Shown: positions 52,700 to 63,446, counted from the first letter of the stretch. The stretch is DNA of 64,000 nucleotides from an uncultured Gulosibacter sp. (GCA_964637095.1 CAZWTW010000006.1:2074-66073); one strand, 5' to 3'. Made by a program: numbers and translations. The notes: generated from the letters alone by a model not told the origin.

Positions 52700-54553
52700 G
52701 TGACCGCCGTCGCGCTCGTCCGTCGATACCCCGTTGTGGGTCTCGCGCTCGTCGTGGCGGCGATTGGCGGAATCCTCGAATGGGCAGCGATGCCCGTCGC
52801 TGCCGCGTGGACGCTGTCGCTCTTCGGCCTGGCAATTGCTGCGCGCGAGGGCTGGCAGATGGTTCGCGCGATGCTGCGCGGGCACATCGGGCTCGACGTG
52901 CTCGCGGTCACCGCGATTATCGCAACCGTGGCTGTCGGCGAACATTGGGCGAGCCTCGTCATCGTCTTCATGCTGAGCGGTGGTGAAGCCCTCGAGGACT
53001 TCGCGGCCGGTCGGGCCGAACGCGAACTGAGCGCGCTTCTCGCACACGTCCCCCAGGTTGCACACCGCTATCGAGCGGATGGGTCTCTCGAGGACGTTGC
53101 GGTTTCGCAGGTCGCCGTGGGCGACAGGTTGCTCGTTCGGCCAAGCGAGATTGTCCCCGTGGATTCTGCCCTCGTGAGTGTCACCGGAACCTTCGATGAA
53201 TCGTCGTTGACGGGCGAGAGCCTGCCCGTTGAGAAGGTCGACGGGGACGCCGTCATGTCCGGTTCGCTCAACGGGTTTGGTGCGGTGGACATCACCGCGA
53301 CCGCGCTGGCGGCCGATTCGCAGTACCAACGCATCGTCGAACTCGTCAAGCAGGCAAAGGGCAGCAAGGCGCCACTGGTTCGTCTTGCCGACCGCTACGC
53401 CGTGCCGTTCACGCTCGTGTCCTATGCGATCGCCGGTGTCGCGTGGTGGTTGGGAGGCGACCCGCAACGCTTCGCCGAGGTACTGGTTGTGGCCACCCCC
53501 TGCCCGCTGTTGATCGGCGCACCGGTGGCGTTTATGGCGGGAATGTCGAGTGCTGCGAAGTCGGGAATCGTCATCAAGAACGCGGGAACACTCGAGAGAC
53601 TTGCCCGAACGAAATCCGTTGCGTTCGACAAGACGGGGACGCTGACTCACGGAACTCCTCGGGTGGTCGCCGTCAATGCGGTCGCGATGGAACCCGACGA
53701 ACTGCTCGTCCTTGTCGGATCGGCCGAACAATATTCCTCGCACGTTCTCGCGGGTGCTCTGCGCGACGCGGTAGCCGAACGAGAATTGCCCCTCAAGGAA
53801 GCCGTCGGTGCACAACAGGTTGCAACGCACGGTGTCGAGGCCGTCATCGAGGGTCGGACGGTCTTCGTCGGCAAACCGAAATACGTTGCCAGCATCGCCA
53901 CGGGCGTCCCGCCCCTTACTCTCGCCGCGGGAGAAGCCGCGGTGTATGTCGCGATTGATGGACAGTTCGCGGGTTCGGTAACTCTTCGAGACGAGATTCG
54001 GCCGGACGCACCGGCGACACTCGCCGCTCTTCGTGCCCTTCGGGTTGAACACATCATGATGTTGACCGGCGACATCGAGCCTGTCGCCAAGCACGTCGGC
54101 GCGGAACTCGGTATCGACGACGTGCGCGCCGAATGTCTCCCGGAAGACAAGGTCGAGGCGATTCGCGCTGCCCAACCTCGACCCGTCGTGATGGTGGGTG
54201 ACGGCGTCAACGACGCTCCCGTCCTCGTGGTATCCGACGTGGGCATCGCCATGGGGGCCAAGGGATCGACGTCCGCCGCGGAAAGCGCCGACATCGTCAT
54301 CCTGCTCGATGACATTTCACGCGTCGCGCGTGCCGTTTCTATTGGCCAACGAACGGTTCGCATCGCCCTGCAGTCCATCTGGTGGGGAATTGCGTTTTCC
54401 GTCGCGCTGATGGGGATTGCTGCGGCGGGGTATCTGCCCGCGATCGTCGGTGCCGCGATGCAGGAACTCGTCGATTTGGTCGCGATTCTCGGCGCGCTTC
54501 GCGCTCTTCGCGCCGGCCAACAACGACTCGAAGGCATCGCCGGCGGGCGATAG
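52700..54553 (+). CDS. Heavy-metal P1B-type ATPase (P1B-5-like motifs)
   Basis: LTGES, ATPCPL, FDKTGTLT, SSHVLA, VGDGVND, QELVD. Confidence 0.93.
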   Translation: MTAVALVRRYPVVGLALVVAAIGGILEWAAMPVAAAWTLSLFGLAIAAREGWQMVRAMLRGHIGLDVLAVTAIIATVAVGEHWASLVIVFMLSGGEALEDFAAGRAERELSALLAHVPQVAHRYRADGSLEDVAVSQVAVGDRLLVRPSEIVPVDSALVSVTGTFDESSLTGESLPVEKVDGDAVMSGSLNGFGAVDITATALAADSQYQRIVELVKQAKGSKAPLVRLADRYAVPFTLVSYAIAGVAWWLGGDPQRFAEVLVVATPCPLLIGAPVAFMAGMSSAAKSGIVIKNAGTLERLARTKSVAFDKTGTLTHGTPRVVAVNAVAMEPDELLVLVGSAEQYSSHVLAGALRDAVAERELPLKEAVGAQQVATHGVEAVIEGRTVFVGKPKYVASIATGVPPLTLAAGEAAVYVAIDGQFAGSVTLRDEIRPDAPATLAALRALRVEHIMMLTGDIEPVAKHVGAELGIDDVRAECLPEDKVEAIRAAQPRPVVMVGDGVNDAPVLVVSDVGIAMGAKGSTSAAESADIVILLDDISRVARAVSIGQRTVRIALQSIWWGIAFSVALMGIAAAGYLPAIVGAAMQELVDLVAILGALRALRAGQQRLEGIAGGR

Positions 54554-54563
54554 TGTCGAACCT

Positions 54564-55766
54564 GTGAGCACCGAAGCCCCGACCACCGACCGATTCCCCT
54601 GGGCGGCGATGGCGGCCATCGGATTCACGGTGTTCGCGACGGTGACCTCCGAATTCTTGCCAACGGGCATGTTGCCCAATATGTCGGCCGACCTCAACGT
54701 CAGCACATCCCAAATCGGCTTTCTCGTGTCCGTCTGGGCCGCGACCGTCGTCCTCACCGCCATCCCGTTGTCACTGACGACGAGGCGTTTCAGCCGCAAG
54801 TCGTTGCTCATCACGTCGGTGACTCTGTTCACCGTGTCCAACATCATGGCGTCGGTGACCTCGTCGTACGAGGTGTTGTTCGCATCTCGCATCATCGGCG
54901 GTTTCGGCAACGGAATGTTCTGGATGATCGCGACGGGTTACGTCACGACGATGCTTCCCGCCAAGTGGCGATCGCGGGGCTTCCTCTTCATCTCGGCCGG
55001 CGCCAACCTCGCATTCATCGCGGGGCTGCCACTCGGTTCGGCGCTGTCGGCTATTTCAGACTGGCGCTCGGCGTTCCTCATCATGACCGCACTGACGATC
55101 GGCGCCAGTGCGAGTCTCTATTTCCTGTTGACCCCGGTGCCCAACCCGCACAGTGACTCAGAGGCGGCGAAACAGTCGCTCCTCAAGGACGAGTCCTTCA
55201 GCATGGTGCTGCTGGGTGTTTCGGGGGTCTTCCTCGTTGTCGGCGGCGGAAACCTGTTCTACCCCTACATCGCCCCCTTCCTCATCGAGGTGTCGCACTT
55301 CACGACGTTGACGGTCGCGGCTCCGCTTGCCGCGTACGGGGTGGGCGGTACGATCGGAATCGTCGTGGCCGAGAGGCTGGGTCGCAACCCCCGCAATCTG
55401 TCGCGAAACCTGGCGCTCGCCATTCTGTACATGGCGTCCATGATGGTGATCCTCAATCTGGTTGCCGGTTCGCAATTTGCCGCGATCATCGCGGTCGCGC
55501 TCTGGAGCCTTGGATTTGCCGTCACCGAGCCGCTCTTCGGTCAGTACATCATGGAGCTCGCCAGTCCCAGGCTGCGCGATTTTGCCGGCGCAATGCGCAC
55601 GACCGCCTGGAATCTGGGAATCGGTTCCGGTTCGTTCCTCGGTGGGGTGCTGCTCGTGCCGCTCGGAATTGCCGCGTTGCCTTATCTCGGAGCGGGAATC
55701 CTTGTCCTTGGTGCGAGCGTTGCAATTGTTGCGAGGCGCAGGGAACGGACGCTGTTCGCTAACTAG
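54564..55766 (+). CDS. MFS transporter (DHA1, NepI/YdhP-like)
   Basis: TSEFLPTGML, RFSRK.LL, SRIIGG, GLPLGS...WR, about 12 hydrophobic segments; start estimated at GTG 54564. Confidence 0.88.
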   Translation: MSTEAPTTDRFPWAAMAAIGFTVFATVTSEFLPTGMLPNMSADLNVSTSQIGFLVSVWAATVVLTAIPLSLTTRRFSRKSLLITSVTLFTVSNIMASVTSSYEVLFASRIIGGFGNGMFWMIATGYVTTMLPAKWRSRGFLFISAGANLAFIAGLPLGSALSAISDWRSAFLIMTALTIGASASLYFLLTPVPNPHSDSEAAKQSLLKDESFSMVLLGVSGVFLVVGGGNLFYPYIAPFLIEVSHFTTLTVAAPLAAYGVGGTIGIVVAERLGRNPRNLSRNLALAILYMASMMVILNLVAGSQFAAIIAVALWSLGFAVTEPLFGQYIMELASPRLRDFAGAMRTTAWNLGIGSGSFLGGVLLVPLGIAALPYLGAGILVLGASVAIVARRRERTLFAN

Positions 55767-55802
55767 AATGGGACTACAAACGCCCGTTCTGCGAGGAGAA
55801 CC

Positions 55803-57086
55803 GTGACCGATCGCCAGCACTCCAGTTTCAACGCCCCTCTGTCCGAGGTTGACCCCGAAATTGCCGAGGTGTTGAACCTCGAACTCGGTCGCCAGCGTGA
55901 CTATCTCGAGATGATCGCATCCGAGAACTTTGTTCCCCGTGCCGTTCTTCAGGCGCAGGGGTCCGTCCTCACCAACAAGTACGCCGAGGGATACCCCGGA
56001 AAGCGCTACTACGGCGGTTGCGAGTTTGTTGACATTGCCGAATCGCTTGCGATCGAGCGCGCCAAGACGTTGTTCGGTGCTGCTTTCGCCAACGTGCAGC
56101 CCCACTCGGGTGCGACCGCGAACGCTGCTGTTCTTCACGCGATTGCGACCAAGGACGACACCATCCTCGGTCTCGAACTCGCTCACGGCGGCCACCTCAC
56201 GCACGGAATGAAGTTGAACTTCTCTGGTCGCCTGTACAACGCGGTTTCCTACGGTGTTGACCCCGAGACGTTCCTCATCGACATGAACGTCGTTCGCGAC
56301 AAGGCACTCGAGCACAAGCCGCAGGTCATCATCGCGGGATGGAGTGCGTACCCCCGTCACATCGACTTCGCGGCGTTCCGCGAGATCGCCGACGAGGTTG
56401 GCGCCAAGTTGTGGGTCGACATGGCTCACTTTGCGGGACTCGTCGCCGCCGGACTTCACCCGAGCCCGATCCCTTACGCCGACGTCGTGTCGACGACGGT
56501 TCACAAGACGCTGGGTGGCCCGCGTGCCGGACTCATCCTGTCCCGCGACGAAGAGCTGGGCAAGAAGCTCAACTCGGCCGTCTTCCCCGGACAGCAGGGT
56601 GGACCGTTGATGCACGTCATCGCGGCGAAGGCGACCGCATTTAAGTTCGCCATGTCCGACGAATTCAAGGACCGCCAGGCTCGCACCATTCGCGGCGCGC
56701 AGATTCTCGCCGAGCGCCTGACCTCTGCCGATGCAACTGGCGCCGGTTTGGACGTCCTCACCGGCGGAACCGACGTGCACCTCGTACTCGCAGACCTTCG
56801 TAACTCGGCTGTCAACGGGCAAGAGGCTCAAGACCTGCTGCACGAAGTCGGAATCACGGTCAACCGCAACTCGGTTCCGTTCGACCCGCGCCCCCCGATG
56901 GTCACCTCGGGTGTTCGAATCGGAACTGCTGCTCTGGCAACGCGCGGATTCGGCGACGCCGAGTTCGTCGAGGTTGCTGACGTCATTGCGCACGCCCTGA
57001 TGCCGAACCCCGACATCGCCGCACAGCGCGCCCGCGTCAAGGCATTGACGGACGAATTCCCGCTGTACCCCGGCCTCGTTCAGTAA
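55803..57086 (+). CDS. glyA: Serine hydroxymethyltransferase
   Basis: [55 protein letters not shown]. Confidence 0.99.
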   Translation: MTDRQHSSFNAPLSEVDPEIAEVLNLELGRQRDYLEMIASENFVPRAVLQAQGSVLTNKYAEGYPGKRYYGGCEFVDIAESLAIERAKTLFGAAFANVQPHSGATANAAVLHAIATKDDTILGLELAHGGHLTHGMKLNFSGRLYNAVSYGVDPETFLIDMNVVRDKALEHKPQVIIAGWSAYPRHIDFAAFREIADEVGAKLWVDMAHFAGLVAAGLHPSPIPYADVVSTTVHKTLGGPRAGLILSRDEELGKKLNSAVFPGQQGGPLMHVIAAKATAFKFAMSDEFKDRQARTIRGAQILAERLTSADATGAGLDVLTGGTDVHLVLADLRNSAVNGQEAQDLLHEVGITVNRNSVPFDPRPPMVTSGVRIGTAALATRGFGDAEFVEVADVIAHALMPNPDIAAQRARVKALTDEFPLYPGLVQ

Positions 57087-57093
57087 GGCGCTC

Positions 57094-57966
57094 ATGACGG
57101 CACGGATTCTTGATGGCACGGCGACCGCCGCCGCTATCAAGACCGAACTCACCGCGCGCGTTGCGCGCTTGGCGGAACGCGGAATCGTTCCCGGACTTGC
57201 GACCGTGCTTGTCGGCAGTGACCCCGGTTCGCAGTGGTACGTGGGCGGGAAGCACAAGGATTGTGCCGAAGTCGGCATCGCCTCGATTCGCCGTGATCTG
57301 CCTGAGACCGCAACGCAGGCCGAAGTCGAAGCCGCCATCGACGAACTCAACGCGAATCCTGACGTCACGGGTTACATCGTGCAGTTGCCGTTGCCGAAGC
57401 ACATCGACACCGACGCGATTCTCGAGCGCATTGACCCTGACAAGGACGCTGACGGTCTGCACCCGATGAACTTGGGCCGACTGGTCAATCGTGCGTCGGG
57501 ACCGATCGATTCGCCGCTGCCGTGCACGCCTCGTGGGGTCATCGAGTTGGTCGAACACCACGGGCTGTCGTGGGACGGACTGAACGTGGTTGTGATTGGA
57601 CGCGGGATCACCGTTGGGCGCCCGATTGGCTCGTTGCTGACGCGGAAAGAAGTCAACGCGACCGTCACGCTGACACACACAGGAACCCGCAACCTTGATG
57701 AGCACCTGCGAGGTGCCGATGTGATTGTCGCAGCGGCGGGTTCGCCGTCGATTGTGACTGCGGCAAATGTCAAGCCCGGTGCGATTGTCCTGGACGTTGG
57801 CGTCTCGCGCGTCACGAACGCAGACGGGTCAACTCGCATTGCGGGCGACGTCGATCCCGATGTCCGTGACGTGGCTGCGTGGGTTTCGCCCAATCCAGGC
57901 GGTGTCGGTCCCATGACCCGTGCGCTGCTGTTGAAAAACGTCGTCGAGATGGCTGAACGTTCTTAG
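57094..57966 (+). CDS. folD: Bifunctional methylene-THF dehydrogenase/cyclohydrolase
   Basis: [36 protein letters not shown]. Confidence 0.98.
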   Translation: MTARILDGTATAAAIKTELTARVARLAERGIVPGLATVLVGSDPGSQWYVGGKHKDCAEVGIASIRRDLPETATQAEVEAAIDELNANPDVTGYIVQLPLPKHIDTDAILERIDPDKDADGLHPMNLGRLVNRASGPIDSPLPCTPRGVIELVEHHGLSWDGLNVVVIGRGITVGRPIGSLLTRKEVNATVTLTHTGTRNLDEHLRGADVIVAAAGSPSIVTAANVKPGAIVLDVGVSRVTNADGSTRIAGDVDPDVRDVAAWVSPNPGGVGPMTRALLLKNVVEMAERS

Positions 57967-58382
57967 GGGTTTGCCCCGTTTCGACCTTGAATAATGCCGT
58001 GAAGTGACGGCATCACCTGCACAATCACGGCGATGCGGTCGATGATCAGCCAGTTCTCGCCCGACAGCATGATGTGAGTTCTCGCGCGAATGTCGGCGTT
58101 CGTCTCGAGTTCTGTCTTGACGAAGGTGGAGCGTTGGTCGTCACCCGTGAACAGGTAGAGGCGGGCTCCTTCATCGCACTCGACTGCAGCGACGGCGAGG
58201 GGCTCTTCCAGCGGACTCGATGCTGCACACGTTCCGCCTGCGTCGACGAACTTTTCGACGATGCCATCGATTTCCGTCGACGCACAGCCCGCGAGGGCGA
58301 TGATTGGCGTAACAGCCAGCGCAAGAACACCCAACACCGGCGCGCGACGGCCCCGGCGTGATCTCGGCGCGGCTGTTCTCAT
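57963..58382 (-). CDS. Hypothetical lipoprotein
   Basis: Arg-rich N-region, hydrophobic stretch, lipobox LAGC, two further Cys; start set 6 nt after TATCGT. Confidence 0.7.
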   Translation of the reverse strand: MRTAAPRSRRGRRAPVLGVLALAVTPIIALAGCASTEIDGIVEKFVDAGGTCAASSPLEEPLAVAAVECDEGARLYLFTGDDQRSTFVKTELETNADIRARTHIMLSGENWLIIDRIAVIVQVMPSLHGIIQGRNGANP

Positions 58383-58444
58383 GACTTCACGATACGCCTG
58401 CACGGGAACCGAGAGTAACGACCTTGCTTCGGTAATCTGGAGCC

Positions 58445-59110
58445 ATGGCGAAGCTTTACTTCCGATATGGCGCGATGAACAGCGGCAAGAGCACGGCGTT
58501 GTTGCAGGCGGCCTACAACTACGCTGAACGCGGTCAGCAGGTCCTCATCGCGAAGCCGCGAGTTGACACGAAGGGTAAGGCGTCGATCGTGTCGCGTCTC
58601 GGTGTCGAGCGCGAAGTGAACTTCATCATCGGCCCGCACGACGATGTGCGAACGATGTTCGACGCTTACCGCGCGAACACGAAGTCGACGAGCGGCCAAG
58701 ATGTTGCCTGTTTGCTCATCGATGAGGCCCAGTTCCTCTCCGTCGACCAGGTTGACGATCTTCTGCGCATCGCGATCCTCGACGACGTTCCTGTTCTTGC
58801 CTACGGAATCCGCACCGACTTCCAAACCATCGCGTTCCCCGGTTCGCGCCGTCTGCTCGAAATCGCGCATGCCCTTGAAGAGCTCAAGACGATTTGTCGT
58901 TGTGGACGCAAGGCTATGTTCAACGGCCGCAAGGTCAACGGCGAATTCATCTTCGACGGTGCCCAGGTCGCCATTGACGGCGACGACGTGACGTACGAAT
59001 CGTTGTGCGGAACGTGTTACCTCCGCGAATCGAAGGGCATGTTGGCCTACGGGTTCAACGCACCGAGTTCGTTCATCCCGACGCTCGGGCCCGACGCCGA
59101 CTTCGCCTAG
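58445..59110 (+). CDS. tdk: Thymidine kinase
   Basis: MAKLYFRYGAMNSGKST, IDEAQFL, YGIRTDF, FPGS, KTICRCG, YESLC. Confidence 0.97.
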   Translation: MAKLYFRYGAMNSGKSTALLQAAYNYAERGQQVLIAKPRVDTKGKASIVSRLGVEREVNFIIGPHDDVRTMFDAYRANTKSTSGQDVACLLIDEAQFLSVDQVDDLLRIAILDDVPVLAYGIRTDFQTIAFPGSRRLLEIAHALEELKTICRCGRKAMFNGRKVNGEFIFDGAQVAIDGDDVTYESLCGTCYLRESKGMLAYGFNAPSSFIPTLGPDADFA

Positions 59111-60891
59111 TCGCTGGTCAGCAACTGCGTTTCCGCGAGTTCGCGGTACAGCGGGACGGACGCGACGAGTTCCTCGTGCGTTCCAGCGCCCAGCACGTGT
59201 CCCTTGTCGAGAACGACGATGCGGTCGCTGTCGATGACCGTGGACAGTCGGTGTGCAATGACGATGAGCGTGCGGTTGGCGGAAACTCGATCAATTGCGT
59301 CCTTCATCAATTGCTCGTTGAGTCCGTCGAGGCTTGACGTCGATTCGTCGAGCAGAAGAATCGGGGGAGCCATCAGCAGCGCGCGGGCGATTGCAAGTCG
59401 TTGACGCTCACCACCCGACAACAGAACTCCGCCTTCGCCGACTTGCGCCAGCAAACCGGCATCCGCGCGGGTGACGAGGTTGGACAGGTTGACTTCCGCG
59501 AGAACCGCGAGACATTCGTCATCGGTGGCGTCCGGAGCGCCGAGCGTGAGGTTGTCCCTCAGAGTGCCGGCGAGCACGGGGGCATCCTGTTCGACGTAGC
59601 CGATGGACGCACGCAATTGGGTGCGGTCAAGGGCCTTGATGTCGTGGCCCCCAACGGAGATGGTTCCCGTTGTCGAATCGTAAAAGCGTTCGATGAGCGA
59701 GAGGATCGTCGACTTTCCCGACCCACTCGGACCGACAAGCGCAACGCGCTTTCCCGTCGGAACGTTGAACGTCACGTCGTGCAGGATTGGGGTTTCGGGG
59801 CTGTACGCAAACGACACGGAATCGAACGACACCGCGACTGGCCCGAGGCCGTTGGCCAGGGATTCGCTCGGTGCGTCGGTATCCGTCTCGGACGGGAGGT
59901 CGATGATTTCGCGGATGCGCCCGAGAGCTCCGAGCGCCTGTGCGACCGACGTGAAGGCGCCAATCGCCGAGCCAAGGGGCATGATCATCATGAACAGGAA
60001 CAAGATGAAGGACACCAGTTGTGCGACGGTAATTGCGCCGCTTGCCACACGGAATCCGCCGACACCGAGGACGACGAGGAAAGACACCTGCATCGCGATG
60101 GACGAGATGGGGACAACGAAGGCGGAGATTCGCGCGACCTGAAGACCGGCGCTCCACGCCTCCTTGGCCTCTTCGTCGACAACTCGAATCTCGCGATCGA
60201 CAGCATTTGCTGCGCGAACGGTGCGAACAGCCGAGATGGAACGTTCAACCGATGCGGTGAGCGCACCGACGCGGTCCTGCGCGAGTCGCGAATATTTGCG
60301 GATGCGACGAGACAGAACGATGACGACGAGCATCGACACGACAACGACGGTCGAGGTCAAGCCGAACAGCATGGCATCGATGAACAGCATTGCGATGATG
60401 GAGCCAACAAACGTGACTGAACCGCCGACGGCCTCGACCAGTCCCTGCGTGAGAACCGCTCGCAGCATCGTCGAGTCGGCGCCGACTCGCGAGACCAGGT
60501 CACCCGTGCGCCGTGCATCGAATTCGCTGATTGGCAGGTTGAGCAAGCGCGAAACAAGGTGTCGGCGGGATGACAAGACGACCGATTCACCGGTGCGTTG
60601 CAGCAGATAGTGGCGAACGCTCGACAGTAACGCGCCACCGATCACGAGACCGATGAGAGCGGGAACGAGCCACCCGAGGTCGGTTCCCGCCTGTACAGAG
60701 TTGATGACCTGCGACACGATGAGCGGTTGGGCGAGTGAGGCGCCTGCCCCGACGATGCTCAACCCGATTACCGTGAAGAGGATTCCCCGGTGCTCGAGCA
60801 GGTAGGGGAGAAGCTGTCGGAACGTTGCCTTCGGACCCTCGGGTTCGCTCCCGCCAGACCGACGACCGCCTCCGAAACGGGGAGTAGCCAT
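59107..60891 (-). CDS. ABC exporter, fused permease + ATPase (MdlB/MsbA-like)
   Basis: N-terminal TMD with TGDLVSR; GPSGSGKST, LSGGERQRLAIARA, LLLDEST, IAHRLST; start reset to ATG 60891. Confidence 0.93.
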   Translation of the reverse strand: MATPRFGGGRRSGGSEPEGPKATFRQLLPYLLEHRGILFTVIGLSIVGAGASLAQPLIVSQVINSVQAGTDLGWLVPALIGLVIGGALLSSVRHYLLQRTGESVVLSSRRHLVSRLLNLPISEFDARRTGDLVSRVGADSTMLRAVLTQGLVEAVGGSVTFVGSIIAMLFIDAMLFGLTSTVVVVSMLVVIVLSRRIRKYSRLAQDRVGALTASVERSISAVRTVRAANAVDREIRVVDEEAKEAWSAGLQVARISAFVVPISSIAMQVSFLVVLGVGGFRVASGAITVAQLVSFILFLFMMIMPLGSAIGAFTSVAQALGALGRIREIIDLPSETDTDAPSESLANGLGPVAVSFDSVSFAYSPETPILHDVTFNVPTGKRVALVGPSGSGKSTILSLIERFYDSTTGTISVGGHDIKALDRTQLRASIGYVEQDAPVLAGTLRDNLTLGAPDATDDECLAVLAEVNLSNLVTRADAGLLAQVGEGGVLLSGGERQRLAIARALLMAPPILLLDESTSSLDGLNEQLMKDAIDRVSANRTLIVIAHRLSTVIDSDRIVVLDKGHVLGAGTHEELVASVPLYRELAETQLLTSD

Positions 60892-60910
60892 GGGTCTAGG
60901 ATAGGTGCTT

Positions 60911-61837
60911 GTGTCACACCCCGTAATTCGCGCCGAAGCGCTCACCAAGACCTATGGCGATTTCACCGCCGTCAACGGCATCTCCTTTGAGGTACCTCGC
61001 GGAGAGTCGTTCGGTTTGCTCGGTCCGAACGGCGCCGGCAAATCCACCACGATGAAGATGATTGCGTCCGTCTCGACGCGCACCTCCGGGTCGTTGGAAG
61101 TGCTGGGGCTTGACCCGAACCTCGACGGACCGGCGATTCGCTCGCAACTGGGCGTTGTTCCGCAGGAAGACAATCTTGACCAGGAACTTCGCGTTCGCGA
61201 GAACCTCGTTGCGTATGGTCGATTTTTCGGGATGCCCCGCGCCGAAGCCGCAAAGCGAGCAGACGAATTACTCGAGTTTGCGCAACTGTCCGATCGCGCC
61301 AAGGCGAAGGTTGAGCCTCTCTCCGGCGGCATGAAGCGCCGACTGACGATTGCGCGTTCGCTCATGAACGACCCCCAGATGCTCCTTTTGGACGAGCCGA
61401 CGACGGGTCTGGACCCGCAGGCTCGACACATCCTGTGGGATCGCCTGTTCCGCCTCAAGGAACGCGGCACGACACTCATTCTGACCACCCACTACATGGA
61501 CGAGGCCGAGCAGCTCTGTGACCGCATCATCGTCGTCGACAACGGAGCGATTATGGCGGAAGGTTCGCCGGCGCAGTTGATCAAGGAATATTCGAGCCGC
61601 GAGGTTCTGGAAGTTCGCTACGGCTCGGACAAGAACGCGACCGTTGCGAAGGCAATTTCCGACGTCGGAGACCGCCACGAGATCCTCCCCGACCGCATTC
61701 TCATTTACAGCGACAACGGCGAGCGCGACTTGGCGGAAATCACCAAGCGCGGACACCACCCCACAACCAGCCTTGTCCGTCGGTCGTCGCTCGAGGATGT
61801 GTTCCTGCGCCTCACCGGTAGGACGCTCGTCGAATGA
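60911..61837 (+). CDS. ABC-2 exporter ATP-binding protein (NodI/DrrA-like)
   Basis: GPNGAGKST, GVVPQEDNLD, LSGGMKRRL, DEPTTGLDPQAR, TTHYMDEAE; start GTG 60911 (60905 possible). Confidence 0.93.
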   Translation: MSHPVIRAEALTKTYGDFTAVNGISFEVPRGESFGLLGPNGAGKSTTMKMIASVSTRTSGSLEVLGLDPNLDGPAIRSQLGVVPQEDNLDQELRVRENLVAYGRFFGMPRAEAAKRADELLEFAQLSDRAKAKVEPLSGGMKRRLTIARSLMNDPQMLLLDEPTTGLDPQARHILWDRLFRLKERGTTLILTTHYMDEAEQLCDRIIVVDNGAIMAEGSPAQLIKEYSSREVLEVRYGSDKNATVAKAISDVGDRHEILPDRILIYSDNGERDLAEITKRGHHPTTSLVRRSSLEDVFLRLTGRTLVE

Positions 61838-62643
61838 CGTCTGTCGAGAAGATCCTCGAAGACGCAGCACGACCGCGCCGTTGGGGTTGGTGGTACGTCA
61901 CCGAGTTGCGCCTGCGCGAAATGCGCGGGTACATCAGTTACGTCGTCACCTCCAGTTTCGGAAATCCCATCATCTATTTGCTGGCCCTCGGTGTCGGCAT
62001 GTCGACACTGGTCCCGCAAGGGATTGAGGGCGTCCCGTACCTCGTCTACGTCGCCCCGGCGATGCTGATGTCGACAATCTTGACCGTCGGCGCCGAAGAG
62101 GGCATGTATCCCGTCCTCAGCGGATTCAAGTGGCACAAGGTGTTTTTCGCGATTCACGCGACGCCCATCACCCCCGGACAGATCGTGGGTGGATTCCTCG
62201 TTCACCTGGCGATGCGCTTCGCATTCACGGCCGGGCTGTTCTATGCGGCAATCGTTGCGTTCGGCGCTGTGCCGTTGTCGACGGGTTGGCTGGTCATCCC
62301 GATTTCGATTCTCGGCGCCTATTCCGTGATGACACCGCTGGCCGCGTTCGCGGCGCAACTCGAGGACGACACGGGTCAGTTCGCGCTCATCCAGCGACTC
62401 ATCGTCATGCCCATGTTCCTGTTCTCGGGAACCTTCTTCCCCATCTCGCAGATTCCTGACTGGCTCGAATGGGTCGCGTGGGTTTCCCCGCTGTGGCACG
62501 CCAGCCAACTCGGTCGAGTCGCCAGTTACGGAATGGAAGAGCCCATCTGGTTGACGGTCCTGCACCTCGGCGTTCTCGTGACGTATGCACTCGTCGGGGC
62601 GCACTTCATGCGCCGCGCGTTCGAAAAGCGGTTGACCAAGTGA
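61834..62643 (+). CDS. ABC-2 type permease (NodJ-like) 1
   Basis: YL.YVAP, ATP, PMFLFSGTFFPI, SPLWH; ATGA overlap with ATPase gene. Confidence 0.9.
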   Translation: MTSVEKILEDAARPRRWGWWYVTELRLREMRGYISYVVTSSFGNPIIYLLALGVGMSTLVPQGIEGVPYLVYVAPAMLMSTILTVGAEEGMYPVLSGFKWHKVFFAIHATPITPGQIVGGFLVHLAMRFAFTAGLFYAAIVAFGAVPLSTGWLVIPISILGAYSVMTPLAAFAAQLEDDTGQFALIQRLIVMPMFLFSGTFFPISQIPDWLEWVAWVSPLWHASQLGRVASYGMEEPIWLTVLHLGVLVTYALVGAHFMRRAFEKRLTK

Positions 62644-63446
62644 GCGCCGTGACGACTCCTCGTCGCCGATTCGGCGGAATGTCGAACGGCAACGCCCGCG
62701 CGGTTATCGAGCGCGGTCTGCGCGCGACGATGTCGAACAACTACCTCATCATCCTCAGTGGGTTCTTCGAGCCGGTCTTCTACCTGTTCTCGATGGGCGT
62801 CGGACTCGGCGGAATCATCGGCGCAATCGATGTCGATGGCACGTCGATCCCGTATGGCGCGTACATCGCCCCCGCCCTTCTCGCGGTGTCCGCGATGAAC
62901 GGTGCAATCTATGATTCGACCTGGAACGTGTTCTTCAAACTGAACTTCGGAAAGTTGTACCAGACGATGTTGCTGACGTCGCTGGGGCCGTTGGACGTCG
63001 CAATCGGCGAGATTTCCCTCGCCCTCCTGCGAGGCGGCGTCTACGCGGTGGGGTTCCTCATCGTCATGCAGGCAATGGGGCTCGTCCTGTCGCCGCTCGC
63101 GTTGTTGGCAATTCCCGCCGTCATCCTCATCGCGGCAGGTTTCGCGTCGATCGGTATGGCATTCACGTCGTACATGAAGACGTTCCAGCAGATGGACTGG
63201 CTTCCCATGGTCATGCTGCCGATGTTCCTGTTCTCGGCGACTTTCTATCCGATCACTGTCTACCCAGAGGGTATTCAGATCATGATTCAGTCATTCCCCT
63301 TGTGGCACGGAGTCGAACTCATTCGCATGCTGACCACCGGAATCGTCACCGACCTCGTCTGGGTGCACATCGGGTACTACCTCGCGATGCTCGGCATCGG
63401 AATCGTCGTTGTTTCGCGACGACTGCGCAAACTGTTCCTCAGTTAG
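62640..63446 (+). CDS. ABC-2 type permease (NodJ-like) 2
   Basis: GFFEPVFYL, YIAPAL, PMFLFSATFYPI, PLWHGV; GTG 62640 overlaps previous stop. Confidence 0.9.
   Translation: MSAVTTPRRRFGGMSNGNARAVIERGLRATMSNNYLIILSGFFEPVFYLFSMGVGLGGIIGAIDVDGTSIPYGAYIAPALLAVSAMNGAIYDSTWNVFFKLNFGKLYQTMLLTSLGPLDVAIGEISLALLRGGVYAVGFLIVMQAMGLVLSPLALLAIPAVILIAAGFASIGMAFTSYMKTFQQMDWLPMVMLPMFLFSATFYPITVYPEGIQIMIQSFPLWHGVELIRMLTTGIVTDLVWVHIGYYLAMLGIGIVVVSRRLRKLFLS

Noticed and set aside
51410-54175. 921-aa minus-strand ORF, and similar long ORFs at 2974-4686, 19924-20925, 24996-26741, 29622-31346, 37732-39126, 44406-45647 and 55158-57368
   Set aside because: They lie antisense to well-recognised genes and have no motifs; shadow ORFs are expected from GC-rich codon bias that removes antisense stops.
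55767-55802. Possible ZTP (pfl) riboswitch before glyA, also checked before purN/purH
   Set aside because: Only 36 nt before glyA, with TAGAAT at the MFS stop and no aptamer-sized structure; purN looks leaderless and purH abuts purN.
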